From: Chrysomallon squamiferum
Taxonomy: Eukaryota > Animalia > Mollusca
Length of the DNA: 64,000 nucleotides
Assembly (NCBI GenBank): GCA_012295275.1
Contig: CM022667.1
Coordinates: forward strand, 12,028,001-12,092,000
Direction: 5' to 3'
Under the pieces are notes generated by a model that worked only from the letters and a program-made list of their open reading frames with translations, made no database searches and was not told the DNA's origin. Made by a program: the position numbers and the translations under genes. Below are positions 47,652 through 63,031 of this stretch, piece by piece (the first letter of the stretch is position 1; the number at the start of each line of letters is the position of its first letter).

Positions 47652-48667
47652 ATCTCATCTCGGTGCAGAGTCTAAACCACCGAGGTAAATTAATGACTGT
47701 TATTAGTGTCAACACATACAGGTGGGTGGTGTTTTCTTTACACGATCTTCTGATCTCACAACAAGCGGAGTCGGGCGGCTCCGTCCGTACGTACGTCAGG
47801 TGTTTGTCTGTCGTCCACGAGCCCCGGGATCTCCAAACAAGCTTCAAAAGCGCCTTCGTTTTCTTTCCAAACACAGTCAAACAAAATATTACATTCAAAT
47901 GCACGGTTAATCTGCCGTAACGCCGTTTTATGAACTTAGCACCTTGTCGATGCAAATTGAAACCCTAGTTTTAAAAACGTGTACACGGATAGATGCTGAA
48001 AACACGTGTGTTTACCTGTTGGCTGTTCTTTTTTTTTTTCTTTTTTTTTTTTTCACGAGGGCAGGGATCAAAAGAAGCCGCATTGCGTACCTGGACACAA
48101 GTATGTATATCGACATATGCTGTTTAGAAAAAGAAAAAAAAAAAGGATTTTTTTTTTTTTCTTTTCTTTAAAGAATGGAACATCTGCAGGAATCCGCCTA
48201 CTCGTTTACTTTTTTTTTTGTGTTGTTGTTTCTCTCTCTTTCCTTACTGATCTATGGATACTAGGATACTTTTATTATCATACAAAAAAAAAAAAAAAAG
48301 TGAAAAAAAATCTATATATACCATCCGGATGTCAACGTGTGTGGTTTCAGGCGACTTATAAGAATTATTCTTGAATAATATTTTAAAAGAAAGTTTAACA
48401 TGATTTTTTTTTTTTTTTTTTTTTTTTTACACTCTCTATTTTTCTCTCAGATCATGGAATATTTACACAGGAAAGTTTTACACCGGTTTGCGACAATGCG
48501 GACTGTTTATTCACCACGTGTTGCGCGCTTTTCAAGCAGCGTGTGCACGAAATCTCTTTGAAAGAAGAATTCTCAACAACACTCGTCTAGAAATGAGTAA
48601 ATAGCTGCAACGTATCGCTTTAATTATTTGTACTAATAGTGTTATATAGGCTTTTTAAAATATAATA

Positions 48668-49065
48668 CACATACAGACACACAACAGACACACACACATA
48701 CACACAACAGACACACACAGACACACACAGACACACAACAGACACACACAGACACACAACAGAGAGACATACAACAGACAGACACACAACAGACATACAC
48801 ACACAGATACACAACAGACACACACACATACACACAACAGACATACACATACAGACACACAACATACACACAACAGACACAAACACAGACACACAACAGA
48901 CACAAACACAGACACACACACAGACACACAACAGACACAAACACACACACAACATACAGACACACAACAGACACACACACAGACACACACCAGACACACA
49001 CATACACAAACACACAGACACACAACAGACACAAACACAGACACACACATAGACACAGCACTGAC
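48668..49065. repeat. Cryptic CA-rich satellite of acag/acac/caac units
   Basis: About 400 bp of recurring acacacaacagac-like units. It produces the spurious Cys/Val ORFs in the track. Confidence 0.93.
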
Positions 49066-49459
49066 ACATGCACATATATATATATATATTTTATAATTAC
49101 AACAATGTGTATCTTTCTCTTTGTCACTCCATATTAAGTGTGTATTTCTTTGGTTTGCTTTTATTTTAAATAAACAGAATATACAACAATAATGAAAATA
49201 ATATCATCATGATCAATGTATCAAGACCATTTTTAAATGAAAAATTTACCACTGAGTATGAAAAGAAATCATTGTCTCTTTCTTTTCTAATTTTTTTTTT
49301 TAAATTTTGTATTAGATGCATTATTAAAGAATGTCACAGAGTGCATGTACTGTGTTAACTGAGATTGATATCTTCACTGTTCCTTTTTTTATATCACGCG
49401 TTTTGATACGTCATCAGATTTCACAAAATTGCTACAGGTGAGTGAAGACAGGATTGTTT

Positions 49460-49484
49460 TTATTATGATTATGATTATGATTAC

Positions 49485-49532
<48 letters not shown>

Positions 49533-49541
49533 CATCATTTC

Positions 49542-49586
<45 letters not shown>

Positions 49587-49768
49587 CATTTCTTTTATTA
49601 TTATTATTATTATTATTATTATAATTATTATTATTATCATTTCTTTTATTATTATTATTATTGTTATTATTATCATTATTAATATTATTATTATTATTAA
49701 TAATATTATTATTACTTTTATTATTATTATTATTATTACCATAAATAAGAAAATAATAATAAAACAAT

Positions 49769-49803
<35 letters not shown>
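49460..49803. repeat. (ATT)n compound repeat with a higher-order unit
   Basis: ATT runs punctuated three times by atcatttctttt. Confidence 0.9.
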
Positions 49804-50879
49804 CTCCACTCTTGATATTGAAATAAAAGAAAATAAAAAGAAACAAAGAAACAAAGAAAAATAAACAAATGAGAACAAATACTAAACCCGTTTCATTACT
49901 TCGTATTTATATAAAACAACGTATATAAAAATTACGAGTCGTTTTTTTTCGTTACTACTTATCTTTAATTACTGTAACCTTTTTAAAACTAAACAAAACC
50001 TTCACAAAATTTAACAGGGCAAAAGCAAAAAAAGACATAAAAATAAGAATTACGCGAAAAACGTTTTAAACTATAAAACGATAGACGACTACGATGCACT
50101 TAGCCAACTCCGTGCCGAAGGCAATGCTAAAAAACATCGATGTTTTACACAAAAGGTTTTTATGACGTGTAATTCATCACAGACCCGACAGTGAAGCTAC
50201 CTGTTACATCTATCAGTATTTCCCATCGCAACTGTCATACGCGATTTCGTCGTATCTTTCCACCCGATCTGTTTGATAAGTATGTGTAGAGGGCGCCACT
50301 TCGGTGTTTGTAGCTTCGCCGATGGCATTCTGAAACTAAAAGTTAAAAAAAAAAAATAATAATAATAAAAAAAAATAATAATAAAAAAAACGTTTCCCGT
50401 CTGAAGGGGTGTAATAACATATTTACGTTCATCGTATTAATGTTATCGTTTTGTTTGTGACTCTTATCGTAAACAGACATTGTAGATTTATTTATATTTC
50501 GTGGCCGTGAATTTCCCATAGCGGGACTGGTTTGAATTATACGACAACTGGGAGTGATCGGAAATACCTTTCATGTCAGTCAAAGAGGACAGACTTCGTT
50601 AAAGTCAGCTAATAATGTTTGTGAAAGGTAAATGGAGAATAATAAAAATAATAATAAAAAAAATGTGTCACATTTATCATTAAACTTTATAGCCTGGATT
50701 AAAAAAAAATAAAAAATAAAAAAACACACAAAAACCACACATACATTTGTCATAACAGATACTTGATTTTAAATTACCTTCATTTATAATTTCTCGAATT
50801 AAAAAAAGCAAGATATCGATACAAAGATAGAGAGGAAGCGGGGATGGGAATAAAGAAAAAAGGGAAGCAGACAGTTAGG

Positions 50880-51066
<187 letters not shown>

Positions 51067-51990
51067 TGAGACAGAGAGAGGATTTTAAGACTGACATGTG
51101 TTACAGTATAAAAATTTACTTTCATTTTGTCTCTGAGGCGATCATAGGAGTCGCTAATCGAGTGGAAAGATAAGCGTTAAGTCAGAATAAAATTTAACAT
51201 GAAAGAACTTAATGTGCCGTGAGATAGACTTCGTATTCGAGTTGTTTCTCTTAATTTATGTATGTTCGTGTGTTATCTCGTGTAGGAACATTGTGTAGAA
51301 GTTTTAAACACGATATCCTCTGGGCAGCAGTGAACTATCCATCTTATCAGTTCAGAGGTGCGCTGTGGAAACGTTGGTGACGTCGCGGCTGTTGTAGCAT
51401 GCCTATGTACCTGTGTCTAAGTAGATAAGTAGGTAGATTATATTCATAGTTTATTATATAAAATAAATATACATATATACGTACATACGTACCTACTTAA
51501 ATACGTACATTATATAAACACACACAAACAAACGTACATATATATATATATATATAAGGTTAAACGATAAAAAAATGTCATCTTGTTTTAGTAGACATAT
51601 TTTTAACAGATTGTTTTCTATCACTCGCTATTTATTCTTTTCTTTCTTTTTTTCTTCAATAAGTCAACATATAAACTAAAAACGTTAGTACAAAATATAT
51701 TGTTTCAATCAAATTTCAAAATAAGACCGCAATAGATGGAACAATCAAATATGTCTGCCTCAGAACAGAAACTGGTATTTTTAAAATCTGTATCTGACAT
51801 GTAATTTATATATAACAGATAACTGAGGATTGTGGTTACACAGAGCTCTAAACTCAGTCGTCCTTGATAATCATAAAAGTAAATATATAATGTGTATGTC
51901 CATGTGTGTTTGTCTGTATGTTTGTGTTGTGTAGTGTGTGACAGAGAGAGATAGGGTGAGGAGAGAGAGTCTGACCGAAAGAGAGGTGAT

Positions 51991-52069
<79 letters not shown>

Positions 52070-54152
52070 TTTTGTTTAACACGTGGCAATGGTCTTTTTT
52101 TATTCTAAATCTACAAACACAAAAACCAAACTACAGTCACAATATTGTACAGAGCAATGTCTTTGTCTCTTTACAAAAGCTGTTAATTACGACTTCAGTG
52201 CGCGGTTCAATATTAATAATAACAAATAAACACTGTTACACTGGAATGTCATTAACGTCATTGATCTTCTTCTGTCCTTGTCACTCGGCTCCGGATGCGT
52301 GTCCGCAGTGAACTACGTCAGGTGGGACGACCTTCCCACCGCGTCGTCTTGACAACAGCTACGACGACCAATTCGGAGCGCGCATCAAAACGTTTCCAAA
52401 ATAATGACGACCAACATATGTACCAGCGTATGTCCGTTTAGTAAGGAAAACATAGACTACACGTGGACACATCACCTTATCAAATACCAATAAGTCCAGA
52501 TATGCGGATTAGCCGCGTCTTTGTGAGCCGTCCATTCACGCGTAAACCCTCTCCGTATCTTTAGTCACGGATCGCTTGCGTTCCTCTCTCCGGAACGACG
52601 GACGTCGACGTAATTTAAAGAGAGTCAAGTGAATGACGGTTAACTGTTTTGTTCAAATCTGTATCAATACGCCGTTGTTTTTTGTGTGTTTTTTTCCAAA
52701 TCTTCTCTTCTCTTCTCTCGACGTATAATACTATTTCTAAAGACCTACAGTTGTCTTTGCAGCTGTATTTGAAGTAGCGAGCGCACAGTCGACTTTGATT
52801 TATTGCGATATCATGGGTTCGGCCTCGTGTACAAGTCGAAATTGATAAGCGAGTTGAATACATCAAACAGCGCGCTCTCTGGGGTAGCCCAGTGCTTCCT
52901 TATAACCAGTCTGTATGTCCAATTTTACAGTCGAAATATTGGTAAAAAAAAAAAAAAAAAAAACAGAATCTTGATACCCGTGTCATGGTCAACAAAAGTT
53001 GTCACTGAAAAAAAAAAAAAAAAAAACACCACCCATTGACGTCTTGTTTTTGAACATTTTTAAATTAAGAGTCACAGCGGTTGTTGTGTCTTTGGATCGG
53101 CGAGAAATGTTCTTGTCCGAAGCGACGGTGGGTTTTTTTTTGTGTGTGTGTACACATCTGAGAAAGATCAGAGCTGGATCAGTGGTTCGTGTATGAAAAG
53201 ACGTTCAAATATTTTGACAACAAACACATAACCGACATTGCTTGTCGTATGCGTCTTGCTGGGTGATAATCCTTTGATCTTCTTCCATAACAAAGTAATG
53301 TTCCTTTCCAGGTACAAATTCATCTACCTGTATTTTATTCGCGCGTGAAAAAGGCCACCTGCTCATTAAGAAGAGTTCCTTAAGTGCCAGGCCATTGCCT
53401 TTTATGGACTGTTTGAACACAGACTGAATTATTATATTGAATGAGTGGAGATTTCGCTGTTATTAAAAGTATCAATTAAAATGTAAACACTCGAATATTC
53501 ACTCAGGCTTGTGTGCTTTATTCATCTCAGTATTAAAATTGTTTTATTTCTTTTATCTCTGTCTATATTAAATTTATCATTATCTTTTCCCTGTATATTA
53601 TTACTATTATTATAAAATTATCGAGTTTACAGAGCTTTGCTTTGAATACATACATGCATATTTCTCGGTGGGATATAACAAATGGTTATAGTTTCTTTGT
53701 ATAAACAAACCAACAAATAATAATGAAAAAAAATACTGAAAGAATGAATAATGAATAAAAACAATTAATAAAATAATTAATAATCATACTAAAAAGCCAA
53801 TACAAAGAAGAAGAAGAAGAAGAAAAGCAACAACAACAACAGCAACACAATAAAAAAGGAAACTACCAAATAATAATAAAAAGAATAATAATAATAATAA
53901 TAATAAAAATAATAATAGTGAGCAAACTAAGGTAGATTTTACTTGTATTTATTTTTAACCATGGCTTATGTTGAGATCTGATTACTTCAGCTGGGAACTA
54001 TGTAACTACAATTATATCTAATCTTGTAGTTATACTATTGAAATAGTGACCACCAAAGTTGTGACAATACCACTAAAGCTAAAATTATTTTTTACAGATA
54101 AAAATTCTTCTAGGAAAAGTTATTTGGTGCGCCCAATCCAAAAACCCTTATA

Positions 54153-54207
<55 letters not shown>

Positions 54208-54262
54208 ACGTAATTATAAATCTTAATCCAACTTGAGTATTTATTTATTTATTATTATTGTT

Positions 54263-54302
<40 letters not shown>

Positions 54303-54930
54303 TATATATATTTATTTATTTAATTTTTGATTTGATCTAATTTGATTTTATTGTTGCTGAGATAAAAAGAAAAGAAAAAAAAAAGAAGTTTTTCCACCAT
54401 AGCTTTTACTATCGTTGACATATCAGACACAGCACCGAGGCTATTTTTCAATGCGGATCTGCCACGGGGGGTAGAAATGTTTATACACTTTTCAAGTGCG
54501 ATAACTCAGCGATATATCGCGACAAACATTTCGTCTCGAGTGCAGTTTGCACACGAACCTTTCTCGCCAAGTAATCCTTCACATGAAGCTCTACGTGGGA
54601 ATCCTACATTTATCGTCGATAATTATAATGTAATTATCACTTATCGCTTGTTTAACCAACCCACTCGCTATGAATCGTTTGCTGCGGGACTACGCTCCGG
54701 CCGTCCCGGCATTCCCTGCCGCGGCTGCGCACTCGACAGAAGCGTGTTTGACATTACCCGTTGCCAGGCGCCGGCTGAACGGTGTAAACCCCAAAACTAC
54801 TTACTGAAATAAAAACACGCGCGTTTTTTCACACATACTGGGACGACCTCCGAGCCAACTTTGTCAGTTAACAATTTATAACTAGGCAAAAATACAAGAA
54901 TTAAAAAAAAAAAAAAAATAAAAATAATAA

Positions 54931-54976
<46 letters not shown>

Positions 54977-55530
54977 TAAAAATCTTATTATTTCCTATCT
55001 TATCTATATTTGGGAGATCATTCCTCTTTAACTTAATGTTTTTGAAACTTCAGTCTATTATGTCCAGTCCTATGGCCCATGACTTAAAGATCATAACGAA
55101 ATCTGTAACCAAGCCAGCAGCTTGATGGAATTCTTTAACGAAATCGTCTATTTTGTTACATCCTTCAGATGTTGCTTAATTTGCTCCTGTACATTTTCAG
55201 TGATATATGGGAGTCTGTAAAGTGTACCTTCTCGTTTCCTTCAGCTAATTCTCAAACAAGTCTAACAGCTCTGTCTTCCACCCAGGCGGTTATTTTACCT
55301 GTGATTTTTCCAGCTGCAACATTAAAATATTATTTACCGCTTGATATATCTGTCTGCGAGCGATGACTTACAGACAGATAATCAGTTGACACAATCAGTT
55401 TGCAATCGCTGGAAAGCTCTGTTTCTCTGTCTCTCTTAATTTCTCTACGCGTGAATAAAGTTTAATCTCTGCATCTCTCCAACACGCCTTCGCGTCTCAG
55501 CAGACTCTTTTTCTATATCATGTTCTCCCC

Positions 55531-55634
<104 letters not shown>

Positions 55635-56295
55635 GGGTTCTTGTCTCTTCCTCTCTTTTTTTTAAATTTTATTTTCGTTCTCTTTATCTCTCTTGGTTTT
55701 TTCTATACATATTTTTTTTCTGTCTGTCTGTCTGTCTCTCAAATATACAGGAATCGTCTTAATTACATTTACTACTATCTGTTTGTCTTTTTTTTTTTTT
55801 TCATTCTGTGTATTCTAGTCTTTTTTGTTTTGTTTTTTTTTTGTTTTTTATTTTATTATTTATTCCTTTTTTAATCTCACACACAGACAAACATACTCCA
55901 TCCTGTCTCTTGTTTCTTTTCTGATTTCCAAGAAATATTTGTCTGTTGAATTGTTATACATATAACATTGCATAATAGTGTTTTGAAGCTGTTGTTTTTT
56001 TATAAATGATAAATATTTTTTTTCTAGTATAATATGCTCAGAAATAGGCAAACGATATAAGCAATATGTTACTGAGTCACTGAAAACAAAGGTGCTTTGT
56101 CTGGTTTTGTCGAAATATGATCTCTGTTAATTTCATTTTTTTGTTTGTTTGTTTGTTTGTTTGTTTATATGTTTTATTTTTATTTATTTATTTACTTATT
56201 TATTTATTTATTTATTTCCACACAGAAAACAATTCACAATATCACCAAGAAAAAACAATAAAAAGAACCAATTAATAAATAAACAAAGAAAGGAA

Positions 56296-56342
<47 letters not shown>

Positions 56343-57309
56343 ACAAACAAACAAAAAAACAAACAAACAAACAAACAAACAAACAAACAAACAAATAAAT
56401 AAATAAATAAATAAACAGCAGAGAAAGAAACAGAAACAGAAAATTAATGAAAAAAGAAGAACTGAAGGAAAAAACAACAACAACAATATAAAAGAAACAA
56501 ATAATGAAAAAAAAAAAGAAAAAAAAAAGAGAAAATAAACAAACAAAAAAAAAATAATAATAAGAAAAACAACATTTAATTCAGGACCCTACGTAAGATT
56601 AGAAAATATTTTAAATCATTCTTTAACCCCCAGCAGTCCCGTTTCAATTACCGAGATTGTAAAGACTCAAACTGAACAAAATGGTATTGTACAGAATCAT
56701 CTAAACGCAATGGAAGAACCGGACTCTTCATTGCGTGCACGTTCCCTGGGTAATAATACCCACCAATTGTCCCGCCGCGAACAAAAACGAGTTCCGACTC
56801 GAGAACTTCAATATTTGACTCCCAGTCATCTTCTGACGATTTCATACACGACGACGGCATCAAAAGCCAAAAACTGAGAGCCCAATAAGCCGCTTTCCAC
56901 GTCGATAGCCAGAATCTGAAGGCTTAACATTTTTGCCAGAATTAAAGTCCATTGACAATCTTAACCCTTATTAGTTTGTCTTTACGCCGAATTTGCTGTA
57001 TCTCGGTTGTTGTCAGCGAGAATGTAAATTGGACTAAAAGGTGTGTTTATTTCCCAGTGAGATTCCTCTTTGAGCTTTTTGCCGACAATCTGTTAATTAT
57101 TTAGCTGAGATTTCTATTCATTGCTAGGATTTCACTCTGTCCGTGTTAGACGGTTGTTGTTTTTTTTTTTTTTTTTTTTTTTTTCTTTTCTTAGACGAAC
57201 TGAAACAGGACTCTTTGCTCGCGCGGTTTCGGCAAGGGTGAGCTTATTGCATGGTGTCCCCTTCTCTTTATTGTTTTATTGTTTACTCCTAGCTCTTTAT
57301 TTATTTATT

Positions 57310-57310
<1 letters not shown>

Positions 57311-57374
<64 letters not shown>

Positions 57375-57379
57375 TGATG

Positions 57380-57433
<54 letters not shown>

Positions 57434-57439
57434 GTAATG

Positions 57440-57510
<71 letters not shown>
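57311..57510. repeat. (AAT)n microsatellite
   Basis: About 200 bp of AAT repeat with few interruptions. Confidence 0.97.
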
Positions 57511-57514
<4 letters not shown>

Positions 57515-58472
57515 GCAGTAGCAACAATAACAATTACAAAAACTAATTTCATATCTATTATAAGACTCTTGAAGGCTGTTTTGACCGAATACTTGTATTT
57601 TCTATTTTTTTATTTATTATTTTTAAACTCTCTTAATTATTATAAAATTATATACTTTCTTAAAACTAATAGTCACAAAAGTGATATTGTCCTTACTCGT
57701 AACTTTTCGCCACCCTATATTTGTTTCGTCTTTATAATAAAACTCTTTTCATCTTAAAGATACCGAAATCTCCAAACCTAATTTTCTTCTTCTTCTTCTT
57801 CTTCTTCTTTCTTTCTTTCTTTATCTTGCAGATTATATCTGTTGCCATCACGACACGCAAACATATCTGAATTAAAAATCTCCATTACATTGTAAATGTT
57901 ACATGCACCACAGTGACAACAACCCTATTTCTGAAAAGTTTGATCCGCTCCTTACTCGATACGACTTCTGTTCGTAATAATAACAGTGTGTTTGATCGGA
58001 TAAGAACTTTTATCTTTTGTTCATCACAGATTCTGAATCACGGGATAGGGTAGCTACATGAAAAAGGTGGTGATATGGCATTTGGTTTTGGTACAAAGAT
58101 GAAAAAGAAAAAAAAAAGAAAAATTAAAATATTGAATTATGGAGTCAAAGAAAATAAACGACAGAGATGAAAAAAAAAAAAGTAAAATAAATTAGCAAGG
58201 TGGCCTGCATAGATTACTGAAGCATTTAATGATAATGAAGTAATCGAAAAGCTCCATGGAAGTTTTTGTTTGTTTGTTGTTTTTTTCCTCCTCTCTTTCT
58301 TCTTTTTCCCCATGAATATATTCAGTTCAAAGATGGCATCTTCTTCATCGTTTTAAAAATGATTATTTTCCTGTTACGAATAGTAAACAAATAAAATTTA
58401 ATTTCCTTCGAAAAGAAAAATTCTGAAATCGAATAATAACAAATAAATAAATAAATTGATAAATAAAATAAT

Positions 58473-58541
<69 letters not shown>

Positions 58542-60877
58542 AAGACAAAAAAAAAAAAAAAAAAAAATAATAATAATACAACTGAAAATTAACCAGGGCC
58601 GCCTTTTTAGCAATTTGAATTATAATTAAATTTGCATATATTTATTTTTTCTTTACCACACTACTTCTTTTTCTTCTTTTTCTTCTTTTTTCTTTTTCTT
58701 TTTTTCTTTTCTGACACTCATTTACCTTTTGAAATTCAGTTTAAAGATTAATGTCGCTTACATCCTGCATAACCGTCTCTAAATCATTAACATTTGATTA
58801 AAAGTGAACGCCTTGTGCAGAACAACATATTCATCATTTCTAGCCAAACGTTTCACCTTACAGTTAATATATTTTCTAACCATGCCGTGTCGGAAAAAAT
58901 AAAAAAAAAAAAAAAAATAAAAAATCACAACAAAAAACCCCAGTGTAGTTAATGAATATGTATGGTACAGCCCATACATGTTACACACATTTCAGTTGTT
59001 TTTTTTCTGCTTGTATGCACCCTTTTAGTATTAATATATCTGAAAATTGTCAGATACAAGAACGAACTTAATCATATGTGCTTGTGTACGTTTTTAGTGT
59101 GTGTGTGTGCATGTCTTTTTGCTATGCACGTGTGTATGTATATCTCGATTTTTTGTGTGATGCATGCACGCAAGTGTGTGTGTGTGTGTATGTATGTATT
59201 TGTCCGTCTCTATGTAGGTTTGGGAGGATGTATGAAAACATGTATGTATGGACAGACGACTCAATTCATCTGTATATATATTTCTATCTTTGTCCCAGAT
59301 TTACATGTGTAATCTGTATAATTAAATGATTTTTATAAAATGGTAATTGTATGTTTTCATTATTTGCCATTTATTTCTTTTTTTCACCCCATACACATGT
59401 ATTTTCTTTTTTTCTTTTTTTTTTTTTTTTCTCTTTGTATTACTTTTTATTTTATTTTTCCTATACACAATTTCTTCTAATTTATACTGTTGCTTTGGTT
59501 TCATTATCATTCTGTTAAACAGATTCAAACCATGTTTTCCTTACAGAACGAATTTCCTGCGACACGAAACACTTGAGGTTATTACCATATACAAAAACCA
59601 TGGTATAAGCTTTTTTAATTCGCATGAAACCTACGAACAATCTGTTCCTCTTTACATCTAAATCTCGGCACTAATGTAAAATCACTGGCCATTATTTCTC
59701 CACATAAAGATAAAGCGTTTCAATTCGTATCAAACTGTAAAAGCAAAGTGTTTCTGTTTATGCCTGCTGCAGTGAAAACCACCGGCCCGTTAATTCGCCC
59801 ATAAAGACCTCCCTGTGTGGGAACACAGAAATTAAGGGCAATAACCAAGCGCGTTAATTTCGAAACAAGACAATCGCTTATTTGCTCTCCGCCATTTTCG
59901 CAATGATCGATGACGTCCATATGTGACGTATTACCGGAAATCCCTCCCTGCAAACGGGAGCACCTGGTTCGGACACGGCCCATCAGTATTCTCATCAGGA
60001 TCTGTAATTCATTTTAACGTTTCGTGCTGTCTTTCTATTCGGCCGGACAGTAGTGCCCTACAAATGAGCCATTTCTATGGGTTTCTTTGCCACTGTGAGA
60101 ACAGCCATTGAGACCGTTTTCTAAAGGCTGAAGCCAGCTTTTGACGTGCCTGCTTGACAGAAGGGTGGCGAGCGTGTAGTTACTCCCCATCTCTTGTTGT
60201 CCGTTGTCCGTCCGTCTAATTAATATCTCGACTATGCGCTGGGAGTCGAGGAAGGGGAGAGAATGCGACAACAAACACAGGTGCACTAATGTGTCTTTAA
60301 ATGGCTGTTTTACAAGTAAACTCGTCGAAATCAACGCAAACCGTCCTTGAATGCGCTAACGAGAATCGAACCAGCGGTTACTCCACCGCGATGAATAGAG
60401 AGAAAGAGAGGGGCTTGATTGATACGCCCAACACCCAAGCCCCAATAAATTGGAAAATCATTTGCGACTATTTCGGAATGGAAAAAGAGAGAGAGAGAGA
60501 GAAAAAAAAAAAAAAAAAAGTAAAATAAAAAGTTTAAATGGTTCGAAGATGTCATCGCAAGCACGAAATATGTTTACCTTTCTACGCTGTCGAGCTAATT
60601 CGGCGTGGGAGGTTGCCATTGTTCCGCGTTGTAACTCAGGTGTGGACGTCAAAGCCGTCGTTTGTGTCGTTTGTGTGAAATGGTTTACGTGCCGAATTAA
60701 GTCAGAGTACGGCAGGTTTTCGCTTGGAGAAAGAAAATGTCAGAATGCTAATGAGAGAAGAAACGAAGCGTTTGTTTGCCAGTTGTTGCTTTTAACTGTT
60801 ACCGGCGAAATTTATATATTTCTTAAACAGATATTTATTGTTATTGTTATTGTTATTGTTATTGTTATTATTAGTAA

Positions 60878-60917
<40 letters not shown>

Positions 60918-62999
60918 TGTAGTATTAGTAGTAGAACTAGTAGTAGTACTAGTACAGATGGTAATAGTATCAATAGTAATAGTACCAGTAGTAGTAGTTG
61001 AAGAAGCTGTAGTGTATTTATTATTTATTAATTAATTTATTATTTTGTTTGTTTGTTTGTTTGGTTATTATCTCACACTATCTCTCAATCTTTAAGTCAT
61101 TTTCTGTCCTACAGTCCGTCATTTTTGTCTGATCATTGATTGATTTCTCTTTCTTTCTGCACACCCCCAACACCCCCTCCCCACGCACACACGAAATAAT
61201 TCAGTTATTTTTCTCTCGTGATATATTTGAATTTTTGTTTTTTCCCCCGATAAAACGAATAGTAGTAATCAGCCGTGTTCAAGTTGTCGACCAAAAAATA
61301 TTAATATTATCACAATTTAACAATAATGTTATCGTTATATTCTTATAAGGAAATTATGTTTGACCCTCGAAAAGATCCATCACTATCTAACAAAAATAGA
61401 AATAATAAAAATTTATTTTCGTTGTCTGCTTGAAAATTTCATTAACTTCGATCGCCAGCTAAGAGAAGAGAAAAACGCGGAAATTGCTGTGACGATTTCT
61501 TAAACTTGTAATTTTCTTCTCAAAACAATTTTTTTTTCTGAAAAATCTTTTCTATCAGAAATAAAACCCTCGTTTCGATAACGCCATGTTGTTGCTGAAT
61601 TTGTAATATTACACAAACGTTAGGGCTTGTGTCTTCGAATATCAATTCACCTGTTTTAATCATCTGTTTGTGAGCTGAACATCGCAAGGAAAACGCGACA
61701 TTTTCTCTTCAAACAAATCGAAAAGCAAGACAACACTTTATGGTATTCCGTCAATTCACAGAGAAAAAAAAAAAAAATTAAAAAATTAAAATTAAAAATT
61801 AAAATAAAAGGTGCTGGCGTTATTTCGCTTCGAAACCCGAAACTAACAACTCGTTGAATGTATGTTGTTCATTTCACTTGTCATCTGTGTCAGTAAACAC
61901 GCGCGGAAATGTATTAATTCGCGCTCACGGATTCGCTGTTTTCATATAATTATTCTCGGCTGCAGTACACGGTGTTTGACGGCAATTCGCGATATTGACA
62001 CAGCCAGAGCTGCGAAAAAAAAAAAAAAATGATAAGAAGATTCGGAGTTTACGCTTGTAAAAATGCAGATCGGCGGCAGACTTCAAAGAGACCGAGCGGA
62101 CCTCGTTATTCTCCGTGTTTGACGAAAACAAACGAAAACTGAAGTGTCGTCTTGAAAAATATTAGTCTGTTCTTGTCTACTTTATTCATAACGCGCGCCA
62201 TGTTTGGTTTTCTGGTAAATCACGTGTTCAGCTTGAAACGTCTTTACATTTTTCTTTCTTTCTTTCTCTCTTTCTTTCTTTCTTTCTTTCTTTCTTTTTC
62301 TTTAGAAAACAAAACAGTTAAGAATACAGCAAAACTTCTGGTCGTGTATTCACTGGAGGGATCGAGAAGGGCTTGAAAACCCACGATGAATGAAAAACAT
62401 TTTTTACTTACTTCTTGTATATTTTTAATTTTATATTCTAAATCATTAAACAGAGATCATTTCTCTCACTGTGTCAGAAAACTACGTTGTTCTGCATTTT
62501 TGATATATATATATATATATTATTTTAAAATCCTGTTTTATATTCAGTAGCGCGATATCGAAGATACTGGATTGATATTATGGTGTTGTTTAACTTGTAA
62601 TTTATCAACAGTTATTACAGGAGCTATTTGTATTTATTTAATTATTTTAAATGTATTTACCACACTGTCTTTTAATATTATAAATGTACTTATTTATTTA
62701 ATTTTTAACTTATATTAATACCTTTTAATTTTTCTTTCTATATTTGTTATTTCTTCTTTTCTTCCTTTATCGTTTTGATCCTAATATTTTTATTTTTTTA
62801 TTTGTTTGTTTGTCTGTTTGTTTCTCTCTTTATTTTAAAACTATTGTTTTTAAATTATATATTCATTAAGTCATGATTTTCAAAATCATCAATATTTACG
62901 TTTAATTTTTATACTGTAGTTGTAAATTATAGTTTAAAATGATTTAAAAGAACTACTGAAATCATTATGGTATCATTATGGTCACCGCGTCAAAAAAAA

Positions 63000-63031
<32 letters not shown>

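Noticed and set aside
47659-47690. Plus-strand 16-nt microexon-like unit (tgcag|...CGAG|gtaaat) inside a CTCGGTG/CACCGAG inverted repeat
   Set aside because: The pyrimidine tract is just the TTC microsatellite, and no host gene is evident on the plus strand.
52321-52340. GGTGGGA-N6-TCCCACC as a paired Su(H) site
   Set aside because: The half-sites are imperfect and the spacing is far shorter than in canonical SPS elements.
53205-53420. 71-aa minus-strand ORF as a possible exon of a neighbouring gene such as Sowah
   Set aside because: No ankyrin or other recognisable motif and no convincing splice-site pair. A BLASTX search would be decisive.
56648-56863. 71-aa minus-strand ORF with protein-like composition
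   Set aside because: No recognisable family and no supporting neighbouring exons; this length is expected by chance in a GC-richer island.
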